From positions 1-40,441 of IMG/VR virus record IMGVR_UViG_3300031731_000008: a stretch of 40,441 bases of DNA; one strand, written 5' to 3'. The notes beneath the pieces were generated by a model. The model saw nothing but the letters and a program-made list of their open reading frames with translations, was not told the origin of the DNA and ran no database searches. Positions within the stretch are counted from its first letter, which is position 1. Each line of letters opens with the position of its first letter. Position numbers and translations under genes: made by a program. This DNA is from a virus. This document shows positions 30,904-40,249 of the stretch, piece by piece.

Positions 30904-31800
30904 TCAGTCCGGGGCCGTGCCGGGAATCCAGACACGGCCCTTCTTGTGCGCCGGGGCGGTCGGCTGGACGAAGATGCCGAGCGCCTGAAGGGCCGCCTTC
31001 ACGTTGCTCTCGCCCGTGCCTCCACGAGCGACCGCGAGGACGCCCGACGTAATGTCGGCCGCGGAGTGGTTGTGCGCCTCCGGGGGGAACTCGGTCGGCT
31101 TGCCGGTCGTCACCTGCGCCCACGTGTGAGTGTGCGTCGTGGCGGCCGCGCCGAGGTTCGTGCGCGCCTGCGTGGCTGACGTGGCCCCGGTGCCGCCCTT
31201 CGCGACCGCGAGGGTGCCGGACATGTTCGCCAGGGTGGTGAGTTCCTGCCATGCCCCAGCGATCCACAGTTCGATGGACTTCTGAGTCGTGTCCACACCG
31301 AGCGCGACCTCCTCGGAGGGCGTCGGGCGCTTCGCCGTCTCGTAGGGGTACGCGCGGAGGCCGGTGGAGGGCTTCAGGGCGTTGATGTGCCCCGAGGCCA
31401 CAGCGGCCGTTCCTGCCGCCACCGTGACGGTTCCGATGAGGAGTTCCCAGGTCGTCTCGTTCTGGGTGAGAGAGGGGAGCGAGCCGCCGGACGTGTTCGC
31501 CGTGCCCGCCTTGATCGCCGCGGTGATCGTGTTCGCCGTCTGGTCGAGACGGAGGATCACGGCGTCGAGCCGGGTCCCCGATGCGGGAGCCGCGCCCACC
31601 GTGAGAGTCTTCGCCGTCGTGTTCTCGTAGTAGACGCCGCGCACGAGCCCGGAGCCAATCCCAATCACGACCTGCATGCCGGTCCCAGGGGTGAGGGCGA
31701 GGCCCTCATTGATCCCCGAGAACGCCATCGCTCGCGCCCACTTCGAGAACTGCGTCTCGTTCGTCTCCACGCCGTAGAACGGCCAGGATGCCTCAGCCAT
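30904..31800 (-). CDS. minor tail protein / tail fibre
   Basis: 298 aa; repeated GGTGA(T/E)S..A..NLG and ..PTEFPPEAHNHSAADITSG fibre-type motifs. Confidence 0.55.
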   Translation of the reverse strand: MAEASWPFYGVETNETQFSKWARAMAFSGINEGLALTPGTGMQVVIGIGSGLVRGVYYENTTAKTLTVGAAPASGTRLDAVILRLDQTANTITAAIKAGTANTSGGSLPSLTQNETTWELLIGTVTVAAGTAAVASGHINALKPSTGLRAYPYETAKRPTPSEEVALGVDTTQKSIELWIAGAWQELTTLANMSGTLAVAKGGTGATSATQARTNLGAAATTHTHTWAQVTTGKPTEFPPEAHNHSAADITSGVLAVARGGTGESNVKAALQALGIFVQPTAPAHKKGRVWIPGTAPD

Positions 31801-32068
31801 GTGTTGTCTCCTCCTCAGTCACGGGCCATTCTGCCACGGGGTCAGGGTCAGCCGGTGACGGCATCCCGACCATCTCCCCGGCCTCATCTAGGCTCAGGGT
31901 CATCACGCCCCCATCGGGGAACGTCACATCGACCGGGTAGCCTGCGGCGAGCGCCTCCTGGATCACCTGCTCGACATAGGCCGAATACGGTGCGAGTTGC
32001 TCATCCAGGCGACGGGCAGGGTCGAAGTCGGGATCGAACTCCTGCACGCCCATTACGCGGATCATCAT
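31793..32068 (-). CDS. hypothetical protein (91 aa)
   Basis: ATG 32068 in an ATGA overlap with the Tal stop; the rest of track ORF 31793..32818 is wrong-frame. Confidence 0.55.
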   Translation of the reverse strand: MMIRVMGVQEFDPDFDPARRLDEQLAPYSAYVEQVIQEALAAGYPVDVTFPDGGVMTLSLDEAGEMVGMPSPADPDPVAEWPVTEEETTHG

Positions 32069-34683
32069 GCCCACCTCTGCGGGATAACGTCGATGACGGG
32101 GTAGTTGACCTGATGAGTGCCGCCACCCGCCTGATAGGCGCGGGCCTCTATCGTCGTCGTCCCCGCGAGGAGTTTCACGGTCTTCGTCATGCTCTGCTGG
32201 AACGTTCCCGACCCGTCCGAGGCGGAGGCGTAGAGCGTCTGGCCCCATGAGGTCGAGCCGGTGATCCCGTCCTGGGGCTCCAGCACGGTCGCCCCCGATA
32301 GGCGGATACCTGCTCGCGTCTCCCCGGCAGTGGCGGTGACCCATGCGCCGAACGTGATCGTCACCCAGAGCGCGCGCCCCGCGGGAACCACGATGTTCGT
32401 GCTCATGCCGCTGACCACCTGGCCGAATACCGACGTGCTCGTGATGGCGTTCACGTCGGCCGTGCGGGCCAGGCTGAAGGGCTCCGGCACCAGCGAGGCA
32501 TCCGTGATGATTTCCCGCCATGCCTGCCACTCTGTATCGCCATTCGAGGTTCGGAACCAGACGCGCGCGGCCGCCGATCGGTCGTAGAGATACTGGAACT
32601 GCCGGAAGGCCGAATGCCGGACGTTCATCACCGTGCCGATGGAGGCCGGGAAGCCAGCGCCCGCCGTCGCCACCGTCACGCCCGTGATGAACGAACTCGG
32701 CAGGGCGGCCGCGTCCACGTCCCCGATGACCGTCACCGGGGCACCCGTGACCTGCGACCACGGGTGAGTGTGCGACGACGGAGGGAAGGTCGTTGGCTTC
32801 TCCGACACGGTGTCCCACGTGGTCGGGAACGCGGTCGGCTCGTTGATGATCCGAGCCCAGTCCACCGGGCCCGCCGACGCGCGCTCCAGGTTTGACACGC
32901 GCGAGTCAATCGACTGCACCTTGGACGACTCCGCATCCTTCGCCGTGAAGCCCGACACGTCGCCCAGAGCCGCCCCGGCCATGACGCCCGAGGAGGTCAC
33001 GCTGTAGGCGACCTCCGTGACGCGAGCGACCGTCTCAGCGCCGGAGACGACGGTGGTCACCACGTCGCCCTGACGCCAGTCCACGTTCACCTGCATCGTC
33101 GTGTCGTCCGAGGGGACCATCTTGACGGCCGTGCCACCCTGGCCCTCCGCGAGCGCCTCGTCGCCGGACTGCTGGAGTTCCCCGAGGTCGTCCGTGTCGC
33201 GCTGGTCGATGAACTCCTCGAAGACGACTCCCCACTCCTCCTCGGCGGCGATGGCCTCCGGGGTGCGGCGCTGGACGATGGTGCGGGCCTTGCCCTCACC
33301 CTGCCCGGCCACGATGGCATCGGTGACGACGGGACCGCCGGTCTGGACCTCCTCCGACACGATGGTGCCGTTCTCCACGTCGAAGCGCACGAAGGCCGTG
33401 CGGTCGCGGGCGTCGAGCACCTGGAACTCGATCTTGCCGCCCACCTGCACGACACGGAATCCGAGGTCGGGGTCGTAGGCGACCATCTCCTGGAGGAGTT
33501 CGAGGAGGTTCTGGAACCGTGGCGACTTCGACTGGGTGATCCCACGGCCGCCCGAGACGGCCTCCAAGTCGAGGTACTTGCGGAGCCCGCGGACGCGCTC
33601 CGGGGGTGCCTGATCGAACGTCACGTTGTACGCCACGAACTGCCGCATGAGCGCCTCAGTGGCTCCCGTGCGGGTGTCATTCGTGCGCGACTGGGAGGAC
33701 AACTGCGGGTCCCCGATGGTCGGGTCCGGGAACGCGCGCGCGCCCTGGAGGAGAATCTCGTCGGTGACGCCGCTGAACGTGAACGTGCCGTCCGGGTTCT
33801 GCTGGTTGCGGACGCGGGTGGGCGTGCGGGTGGGCCCGGACCAGAGGGGCCCGTAGACCGTCTCCCGCCAGGAGCCCCGCGTCATCTGCCGCGTTTCTAG
33901 GACGCTCTGGGAGGCGTTGACCGCCCCGAGCCAGCGGTAGCGCTGGAGGTCCGGCGCGGCGGGCGTCATGTTGCCGTCCAGGTAGCCGCCGGGAGCGCCG
34001 CCGTAGACCCGGCGAATGTCCAGGGTCGCGCCGAGGGGGTTCGAGGAGGACATGAGCACGTAGACGCCGGAGTAGGCCGCGCCCTCAATGGCGGGGGCCT
34101 GCACGCCGAAGCGGCCCCAGTCCTTCCCCTCGAAGTAGGAGCCATCGGACCATGTGCCCGAGATGTAGTTGCCGCTCGCGTCGAGCCAGTAGATGCGGAC
34201 CATGACAGCCGTCGCCGTGTCCCCGAGGCGGCCCTCCACGCTCCATTCCACCTGCTCCCCTGGAGTGACGGGGATGCGGTTCGCGGCCGTCGTCAGGTTG
34301 AAGTAGGAGGAGCCGGTAGTGTTCACGGTGCCGCGCACGTAGTTGGCCACCGGGTCCGTGAAGAACTCGCGGTTGAATCGCGCGACAGGGTACGTCGCGT
34401 CGTTCGCGGGGATGGGCTCCACGAAGCGGTTGCGCCCCTCCTCGCGCCAGTCCGTGTACGTCGGCGGATGCGTCACCACGCCGTCCGGGCCGGTCACGAG
34501 GAGGCCGGAGCCAGGCTCGGAGAGGTACGGCACCATCGGGTGATCGCCCGGCAGAGTGACCGTCCACTCGCCCACGCCGCACCACTTCGTCCGGGCCTTC
34601 AGGTCCAGGTACGCCGGAGTCACCTGACCGACGCGCTTCAGCGTGCGGTCGCGGACCTCCACCGTCAGATCGTCTACGCGCAT
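32065..34683 (-). CDS. tail-associated (Tal-like) minor tail protein, 872 aa
   Basis: ATG 34683 (MRVDDLTVEVRDRTLKRVGQVTP..), overlaps the Dit stop by 1 nt; position after Dit; C-term KPTTFPPSSHTHPWSQVTG fibre motif. Confidence 0.6.
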   Translation of the reverse strand: MRVDDLTVEVRDRTLKRVGQVTPAYLDLKARTKWCGVGEWTVTLPGDHPMVPYLSEPGSGLLVTGPDGVVTHPPTYTDWREEGRNRFVEPIPANDATYPVARFNREFFTDPVANYVRGTVNTTGSSYFNLTTAANRIPVTPGEQVEWSVEGRLGDTATAVMVRIYWLDASGNYISGTWSDGSYFEGKDWGRFGVQAPAIEGAAYSGVYVLMSSSNPLGATLDIRRVYGGAPGGYLDGNMTPAAPDLQRYRWLGAVNASQSVLETRQMTRGSWRETVYGPLWSGPTRTPTRVRNQQNPDGTFTFSGVTDEILLQGARAFPDPTIGDPQLSSQSRTNDTRTGATEALMRQFVAYNVTFDQAPPERVRGLRKYLDLEAVSGGRGITQSKSPRFQNLLELLQEMVAYDPDLGFRVVQVGGKIEFQVLDARDRTAFVRFDVENGTIVSEEVQTGGPVVTDAIVAGQGEGKARTIVQRRTPEAIAAEEEWGVVFEEFIDQRDTDDLGELQQSGDEALAEGQGGTAVKMVPSDDTTMQVNVDWRQGDVVTTVVSGAETVARVTEVAYSVTSSGVMAGAALGDVSGFTAKDAESSKVQSIDSRVSNLERASAGPVDWARIINEPTAFPTTWDTVSEKPTTFPPSSHTHPWSQVTGAPVTVIGDVDAAALPSSFITGVTVATAGAGFPASIGTVMNVRHSAFRQFQYLYDRSAAARVWFRTSNGDTEWQAWREIITDASLVPEPFSLARTADVNAITSTSVFGQVVSGMSTNIVVPAGRALWVTITFGAWVTATAGETRAGIRLSGATVLEPQDGITGSTSWGQTLYASASDGSGTFQQSMTKTVKLLAGTTTIEARAYQAGGGTHQVNYPVIDVIPQRWA

Positions 34684-35549
34684 CAGAACAGCACCACCTT
34701 CCGGGGGTGCCAGGCCACGTTGACCCTCGTGGCGCTCGTCGCCCCGGCGAGGATCACCTGCGCGTCCGTGGTCCCACGGGGGATGCTGAAGAACTTCGGT
34801 GCGGGCTCCAGGCCGTCGTAACGGTTCACCCCGGCCTCGTCCGTGATCGTGCCCGCCGTGGTGTCCACGTCGATCCAGCCCGTCGTCTTCACGGTCGGCT
34901 GAGTCCACTCCAGGACCAGCCCGTCGCGGGCCATCAGGAAGCCGGAGAACGGCGGCAGGAATCGCCACGTCGGCCAGGCCGCCACGTCACCCGTGTTCGT
35001 GAACTGCACCGAGCCGGAGCCCTCCGTGTTCGAGAGGAGCAACTGCACGAGCGACTGGCCGGGGCCGATCAGGGGGATGCCGAGCCCGCCAGGCTGGATG
35101 ACGCGAGCCTCGGAGTTGACGCGGGTCCAGTACGGGTCCCCGGCCTCCACCGTGAAGATCGTCTTCAGGAAGGTGGAGCCGTCCGTGTCGGTGCCCATCT
35201 CGTAGTCGCCGCCACCGGAGCGCACCACGTCGGCACGCCAGCCCTCCCCCTCCAGTTCGAGGGTGAGCGCGACCGGCGCGTTCTCCAGGAGCATGATGCG
35301 GGCCAGGGCGCTGTACTTCTCCAGCACGTCATCCCGGCCCTTGCCGGTGATCTTCACGGGCATATCGACCACGCGGGAGAGGGTGCGGCCGCCGCGGAAC
35401 GTCTTCCCCTCACCGGCCCCCTCGAACCACTGGAGGGAGACGCCCGGCATGCCGAAGCCGCGGACGTTCAGACCGGCCTTGACGCCCGACTCCTCCCCCA
35501 GGATGAGGGCACCGCCACGGGACGCCAGGTTGAGTACGCGGGCCATCAC
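34683..35549 (-). CDS. distal tail protein (Dit-like)
   Basis: 288 aa immediately after the tape measure gene; beta-rich. Confidence 0.6.
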   Translation of the reverse strand: MMARVLNLASRGGALILGEESGVKAGLNVRGFGMPGVSLQWFEGAGEGKTFRGGRTLSRVVDMPVKITGKGRDDVLEKYSALARIMLLENAPVALTLELEGEGWRADVVRSGGGDYEMGTDTDGSTFLKTIFTVEAGDPYWTRVNSEARVIQPGGLGIPLIGPGQSLVQLLLSNTEGSGSVQFTNTGDVAAWPTWRFLPPFSGFLMARDGLVLEWTQPTVKTTGWIDVDTTAGTITDEAGVNRYDGLEPAPKFFSIPRGTTDAQVILAGATSATRVNVAWHPRKVVLF

Positions 35550-37840
35550 TTACCTCCGAAGGGGGAACGGGGCGATCCGAGGGCCGCGAACAGGGCCTCC
35601 TCGTCGCTGAGAGACTGGTTCTCGGCGGCGACGTAGGTGAAGTGCGTCGCGCCGCGTTCGGGAGCCTCCACGGGCGCAGGAGCGTCGGAGCCCCAGTCGC
35701 CAGAGAGGGCCGCCTGGATACGCTCGTCCGTGAACGGGTTCGCGCCATGCATGCCGTCCGTGAACTGCTCCATCAGAGCACCACCGGACTCTAGGAGGTC
35801 GGTCCAGCCGGAGCCCGAGAACGGTCCCCACTTCGCCGGGGAGTGGGGGAAGAATCCGCCCACGAAGTCCATGACGCCGCCGATGGCGTCACCGACACCA
35901 CCGATCATGTTGCCGATGCCGTCGATGAAGCCCTGAATGAGGTCCTCACCGGCACCGAGGAGCCAGGTCCCGATGCCGCCGAAGAACTCCATGATGCGAT
36001 CCGGGATGGAGCCCAGGAAGTCCATCGCGCCCTCCCAGGTCGAGCGGATCGTGGAGACGATCCCCGACCACAGGCCGCTGAAGAATCCGGTCAGCGCGCC
36101 GAACGTGGCACGCCAGCCGCCGAGCCATCCCGAGACGAGCCCGGTCGCCCACGACACGAGGTTGTTCCACACGTCGTTGAAGAACGAGCCGATGCCAGCC
36201 CACAGGCCGTTCCACCACGAGGCGAGCCCGTTACCGATGCCCTGGAGCCAGCCGACGAATCCGTTGAACACGCCGCGGACGAAGCCGATGAAGCCGTTCC
36301 AGGTGTTCGTGATGAATGCGCCGACCGCGGACCAGAGCCCGTTCCACCACGTCGCGATGCCGTTGCCGATGCCAGTGAGCCAGCCGACGAAGCCCTCGAA
36401 GACGGAGACGATCCACGAGATGAAGCCGTTCCAGACCTCCGTGACCCACGACCCGAAGCCCGCCCACATCTCCTGCCACCACGTCGCGAAGCCGTTCATA
36501 ACTTCGGTGATCCACGAGACGAAGCCGGACCAGACTTCGGTGATCCATGCGACCACGGCATCCCAGTTGGCCACCAGGAAGACGAGCGCGGCGACGAGGG
36601 CCACGATGGCGAGGATGATCCACGTGATAGGGCTCGCGAACATGGCCGCGTTGACCGCCCACTGAGCGACCGCGAGGATGCCGAACGCGGCCGCGAGCAC
36701 GCCGACAGCGATGGCCACGGCGGAGAGCAGTTCGGGGTTCTGTGCCGCCCACTCCAGGAGCGGCGTCAGCGCCGGGAGGAGTTGCCCCGCGACGGTGGTC
36801 ACGATCATCTCGAACGAGCGCTGGAGGGTCTGCCACTGAGCGGCGACCGTGCCGCCCATCGTGTCGGCCATGCCCTGCGCCGCGCCGGAGACGTCACCGA
36901 GCCCGCCCTCGACGCCCTTCAGGCCCTCCAGGAACGTCGGAATCTCGTTGACTCCGAGGTCCTCCAGGGGGGTTCCGAACAGGCCGATGGCGGCGTTCGC
37001 GCGCGCCACAGGGTCCTCGATCCCGAGGAGCCCATCGATCACCTGCTGGAAGCCTTCCTTGCCCTGCTCACCGCCCGCGAGAATCTTCGCGCTCATCTCC
37101 TCCGCCGAGAGCCCTGCGGCCTCGTAGGCGGCGACAGACGTGCTCGACATGTCGGTAGCGCGGATGCTGAATTCCTTCACCGCGTCACCGGTCTTGTCGA
37201 TGCCGTACATGCCCTTCTCGGAGGCGGCGACGAGAGCGCTCATCGCCTCCTCACCCGAGATGCCCACCTGCTGGAAGAACGGCCCGTACTCGTCCACGGC
37301 GTCCACAATGTCCTCGCGGACTGCCGGGGGCACCTTCTGGAGCGCGGCCGTCAGCAGGTCGATGCCCTCCTCGGCGGAGGCCGCCATGCCGGTCGAGAGC
37401 ATCTGCCCGACGACCTGGGAGATACGGTCAGCCTCGATGCCGAACGCGCCGGAGAGGGTCGATACCTTCTCCACGATCCCCTGGAGTTCGTCCACGGACG
37501 CCTCGCGCATCCCACGGATGGAGCCGATGACGCCAGCAGTGATGCCCTGCACGTCCTCCATGGACTCACCGAAGTTGTTCGTGTACGCCCCGGCGGCCGC
37601 TTCACCCGCACGGGCCGCCTCCGCCTCTGTGAGGCCCAACTGGGCGGCGACCTTAGCGTTACCCGCCTGAATGTCGATCGCGTTACCCAGCGCGGCGGAG
37701 AACGCCGCACCGACCGCCAGAGCCGCACCGGCACCAGCCGCCGCCATCCACCCCGGCATCTTCTGGCCGACGCTCGCGAGGGGACCCTCCCACTTGTCAG
37801 TGTCGAGTTCCAGGTGCCCGACGAGCGTGCCAATATCCAT
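35546..37840 (-). CDS. tape measure protein
   Basis: 764 aa; helical N-half, TM-like central segments, Trp/Gly-rich 44-aa tandem repeat (WWNGLW..NGFVGWL.GIGNG); follows G/G-T. Confidence 0.9.
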   Translation of the reverse strand: MDIGTLVGHLELDTDKWEGPLASVGQKMPGWMAAAGAGAALAVGAAFSAALGNAIDIQAGNAKVAAQLGLTEAEAARAGEAAAGAYTNNFGESMEDVQGITAGVIGSIRGMREASVDELQGIVEKVSTLSGAFGIEADRISQVVGQMLSTGMAASAEEGIDLLTAALQKVPPAVREDIVDAVDEYGPFFQQVGISGEEAMSALVAASEKGMYGIDKTGDAVKEFSIRATDMSSTSVAAYEAAGLSAEEMSAKILAGGEQGKEGFQQVIDGLLGIEDPVARANAAIGLFGTPLEDLGVNEIPTFLEGLKGVEGGLGDVSGAAQGMADTMGGTVAAQWQTLQRSFEMIVTTVAGQLLPALTPLLEWAAQNPELLSAVAIAVGVLAAAFGILAVAQWAVNAAMFASPITWIILAIVALVAALVFLVANWDAVVAWITEVWSGFVSWITEVMNGFATWWQEMWAGFGSWVTEVWNGFISWIVSVFEGFVGWLTGIGNGIATWWNGLWSAVGAFITNTWNGFIGFVRGVFNGFVGWLQGIGNGLASWWNGLWAGIGSFFNDVWNNLVSWATGLVSGWLGGWRATFGALTGFFSGLWSGIVSTIRSTWEGAMDFLGSIPDRIMEFFGGIGTWLLGAGEDLIQGFIDGIGNMIGGVGDAIGGVMDFVGGFFPHSPAKWGPFSGSGWTDLLESGGALMEQFTDGMHGANPFTDERIQAALSGDWGSDAPAPVEAPERGATHFTYVAAENQSLSDEEALFAALGSPRSPFGGK

Positions 37841-37855
37841 GCGCGAGGGCTCCTA

Positions 37856-38529
37856 TCATCGGCGGAGATTCGGTTTCTTCTCCGGGGGCTTGAAGTGGCG
37901 GTACAGGCGGGAGTCTACCGACAGGAGCGCGAGGATGCGGACCTGGAGCCATCGCCACGTGCGGCCGTGTCGAATAGCCGGGTCCGACACGTCGATGCCG
38001 TAGCGCTCATGCAGGTCGGCCTCCACGAGCCGCCACGCCTCCAGGATCGTGAGCCAGGAGATACCGGAATCTACCGGGGGTTCTTCGAAGCGCGCGAGGC
38101 CCGCGGGGCCGACTGGGTTCCCCGACGTGCCGCGCGATTCGTCGGAGCCTGCGCTTTTCCCGAGAAGACTCCCGCCTCGAACGCCTTCTTGGCGGCCTCC
38201 GGCGACACGGCGAAGTGGGTGAACGCATAGTTCGCGCACCGGACGACGGCAGGCCATGCGAGCCCGTCCTCGCGCATCTGGTCCACCACGGCGTCGGAGA
38301 GAATCTGCGAGACGAACGTCCGCTCCTCCGCGCCCTCCAGTTTCAGCGAGGCCATCTCGGCGGGGCTCACCGCCTCACCCTTGTTCACCTTGATCGCGAC
38401 GTTCGACAGGGCCGTGTAGCGCAGGCCGGTGTCCACGTCCGGCGCGGGCACCACGTAGTCGCGGGGCCCGAGGCCCTGCATCGTGAGGTCGTTCTCGGTG
38501 AGGAACTCGGAGAGGTCAACGAATGGCAT
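37856..38529 (-). CDS. tail assembly chaperone G-T fusion via -1 frameshift
   Basis: The -1 frame after the slip site encodes ..ISWLTILEAWRLVEADLHERYGIDVSDPAIRHGRTWRWLQVRILALL.. and stops at 37856; predicted product about 224 aa. Confidence 0.75.
38071..38529 (-). CDS. tail assembly chaperone (gpG-like)
   Basis: 152 aa between the major tail and tape measure genes. Confidence 0.75.
   Translation of the reverse strand: MPFVDLSEFLTENDLTMQGLGPRDYVVPAPDVDTGLRYTALSNVAIKVNKGEAVSPAEMASLKLEGAEERTFVSQILSDAVVDQMREDGLAWPAVVRCANYAFTHFAVSPEAAKKAFEAGVFSGKAQAPTNRAARRGTQSAPRASRASKNPR
38155..38161 (-). promoter_or_regulatory. programmed -1 ribosomal frameshift slippery heptamer G GGA AAA
   Basis: Zero-frame phasing checked: 38529-38160 is divisible by 3, and the -1 frame is in phase with the stop at 37858..37856. 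Confidence 0.75.
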
Positions 38530-38548
38530 GGATGGCTCCTACGACGAA

Positions 38549-38582
38549 GGGGGCCGCCCGGATGGACGACCCCCTCAGTCTA
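38549..38582 (-). promoter_or_regulatory. TAGACT box plus hairpin between the major tail and chaperone genes (attenuator/internal promoter)
   Basis: minus cggcTAGACTgaGGGGGTCGtccatccgggCGGCCCCCttcg; 8-bp stem with one G-U. Confidence 0.35.
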
Positions 38583-38594
38583 GCCGCTGAACCG

Positions 38595-39098
38595 TCAGAC
38601 GCCCGCGCCCTCATCTGCGGGATGCGTGATCGGGTTGCGCTTGCCACGCCCGGAGAGGACGAAGGACGCGCTGGAGACGGCCTCGGTGTTACCACCGTCC
38701 GGGCTCCACGACACGGCGGCGTAGCCCTCGTAGGCTTCGACGCGCGGGCCGCCCGGCTCCATCTCGTACCAGCGAATCTTCAGGACGTTCTCGACGCCCG
38801 TGTTGCCCGCGGCCAGACGGATCTTCTCCTGGCCGGGATCGTAGGCGGTCGGGGTGTCCTGGAGGGTCTTGCGGATGCACTTGCCCTCGATCTTCCACCG
38901 GTTCGCGGTGTTGACCTCCGACAGCCAGCCCTCGCCGTCGAAATCGGAGTCGTCCTGCATGGACGCCTCCAGGGTGTCCTTGAACTCGGTGATGCCGAAG
39001 ACGCCGAGCCACGAGTCTGCGGTCGCGCCCTCCACGTCCAGGAACCACTTCCGGTTCGTGGTGGCGGCTCCCAGGGGAACCTTCGTTGTAGCGGCCAT
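38595..39098 (-). CDS. major tail protein
   Basis: 167 aa from ATG 39098 (SD ataggaggccctggg); position upstream of the chaperones; beta-rich. Confidence 0.65.
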   Translation of the reverse strand: MAATTKVPLGAATTNRKWFLDVEGATADSWLGVFGITEFKDTLEASMQDDSDFDGEGWLSEVNTANRWKIEGKCIRKTLQDTPTAYDPGQEKIRLAAGNTGVENVLKIRWYEMEPGGPRVEAYEGYAAVSWSPDGGNTEAVSSASFVLSGRGKRNPITHPADEGAGV

Positions 39099-39109
39099 CC
39101 CAGGGCCTC

Positions 39110-39541
39110 CTATCTGTTCGGGATCGAGCGATCGATGGTCAGGTAGTAATTCTCGGTGCGCTGTTCGCGTCCGTTCGCGTCCTGACCGAGGGAAGTTCCT
39201 GACTGCCACGCGGAGGCCACGAGTCTGACGGTGCCGAGCATACCGCCCCAGCGCCCTTCCAGCACGTCAGACACCGCCTGCGCCATCTCCGTGAGGTCAT
39301 CGGGGTCGGTGGCGGCGAAGTGGAACTGCACGCCCACGATGGGGACCGGGTGCATGGCCACGGTGTACGGGTTCATCGCGACGGCGCGGCTCGGAGTGGA
39401 GGGAACCGCCCCGATGTAGAGCCCCGCCTGCGCGGCCGTGTAGACCTCATCGCCGTCCGGGTCCACCCAGGACAGCACGCTCGACTCGGCGGCGAGAGTC
39501 TCCCCCACGCCCCGCACGAGCGCCTTCTCATAGTTCGCCAT
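39110..39541 (-). CDS. tail terminator / tail completion protein candidate
   Basis: 143 aa from ATG 39541; synteny between the neck gene and the major tail gene. Confidence 0.45.
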   Translation of the reverse strand: MANYEKALVRGVGETLAAESSVLSWVDPDGDEVYTAAQAGLYIGAVPSTPSRAVAMNPYTVAMHPVPIVGVQFHFAATDPDDLTEMAQAVSDVLEGRWGGMLGTVRLVASAWQSGTSLGQDANGREQRTENYYLTIDRSIPNR

Positions 39542-39542
39542 C

Positions 39543-39902
39543 TCAGCCCCCGAATCGCTTCCGTAGTTGCCCTGCCACGGCCTCACGCACCCTATCGCGG
39601 TTCGCGTTCAGGGCCTTCTCCAGGAACTTCGCGTTGCGGCCGTCGTCGTGCTTGATCGTCATGTTCTCGTGCTGGTCCACGGCCTGGCCCTTGTAGGCAA
39701 CGTCGCGGTACGAGATAGCGACCTTCACGGCCGCCGGGTCGCCGGACACTGCGCCCGTGCGCTCCAGGTCGCCGTCCTCGTGAGGTATCTGCTCGTTCGA
39801 GTCCCCGAGCACGAGTTCGCCCCCGAGGAGGAGGCCCTTGTATGCGGCGTCACGTGCGGCATCCGACGCGCCCTTGATGTTCAGGGCTCCGCTCATCCTC
39901 AC
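39543..39902 (-). CDS. HK97 gp10-like neck / head-tail joining protein
   Basis: 119 aa; ..DGRNAKFLEKALNANRDRVREAVAGQL.. resembles the HK97 gp10 family. Confidence 0.5.
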   Translation of the reverse strand: MRMSGALNIKGASDAARDAAYKGLLLGGELVLGDSNEQIPHEDGDLERTGAVSGDPAAVKVAISYRDVAYKGQAVDQHENMTIKHDDGRNAKFLEKALNANRDRVREAVAGQLRKRFGG

Positions 39903-40249
39903 GAGAGCACCACCCGGCAGTGTGCGAGAGGGAGGTCGGCCTTGTCCATCGACCGGGAAGTGACCACGCGCACGCGCCCGTCCGGGAGGGTGACTTCGGA
40001 CTCGGGCTCGAAGTGGTGCGCGTGCGCGAGCGGCATCACGAGGGAGGCGTCCGACATGCGCTCCTCAGTGTCGGAGCCCCGCACGAGCCGGTTCCCGTCC
40101 TTCACCATGACGCCGGGAGTGTCGCCGTCAGGGCCCACACTGGTCGGGTCCGTGAAGCGTGGACCCTTCGGGCCGGGCCCCAGGAACGTGCGGACGGTGA
40201 CGGCGGCCGTCAGCCACTCCGCGAACGCCTCGGTGAAGTCATCAGCCAC
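39899..40249 (-). CDS. head closure / head-tail connector protein candidate
   Basis: 116 aa, GTG start overlapping the adaptor stop; call is by synteny. Confidence 0.4.
   Translation of the reverse strand: MADDFTEAFAEWLTAAVTVRTFLGPGPKGPRFTDPTSVGPDGDTPGVMVKDGNRLVRGSDTEERMSDASLVMPLAHAHHFEPESEVTLPDGRVRVVTSRSMDKADLPLAHCRVVLS

Noticed and set aside
32065-34968. N-terminal 95-aa extension of the Tal ORF. The same pattern occurs in the long upstream extensions of track ORFs 767..1846, 9510..10226, 18322..19629, 19849..20508, 28397..28957, 38595..39209 and 17382..18452
   Set aside because: The extensions overlap the preceding gene in another frame and are R/P/G-rich. Internal ATG/GTG codons that sit at ATGA/GTGA/TGATG junctions or behind an SD give compact, coupled genes.
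35843-38230. 795-aa plus-strand ORF, the longest plus-strand ORF in the track
   Set aside because: It lies antisense to the tape measure and chaperone genes. The product is R/G/D/H-rich low complexity (shadow ORF typical of high-GC DNA), with no start context or coupling.
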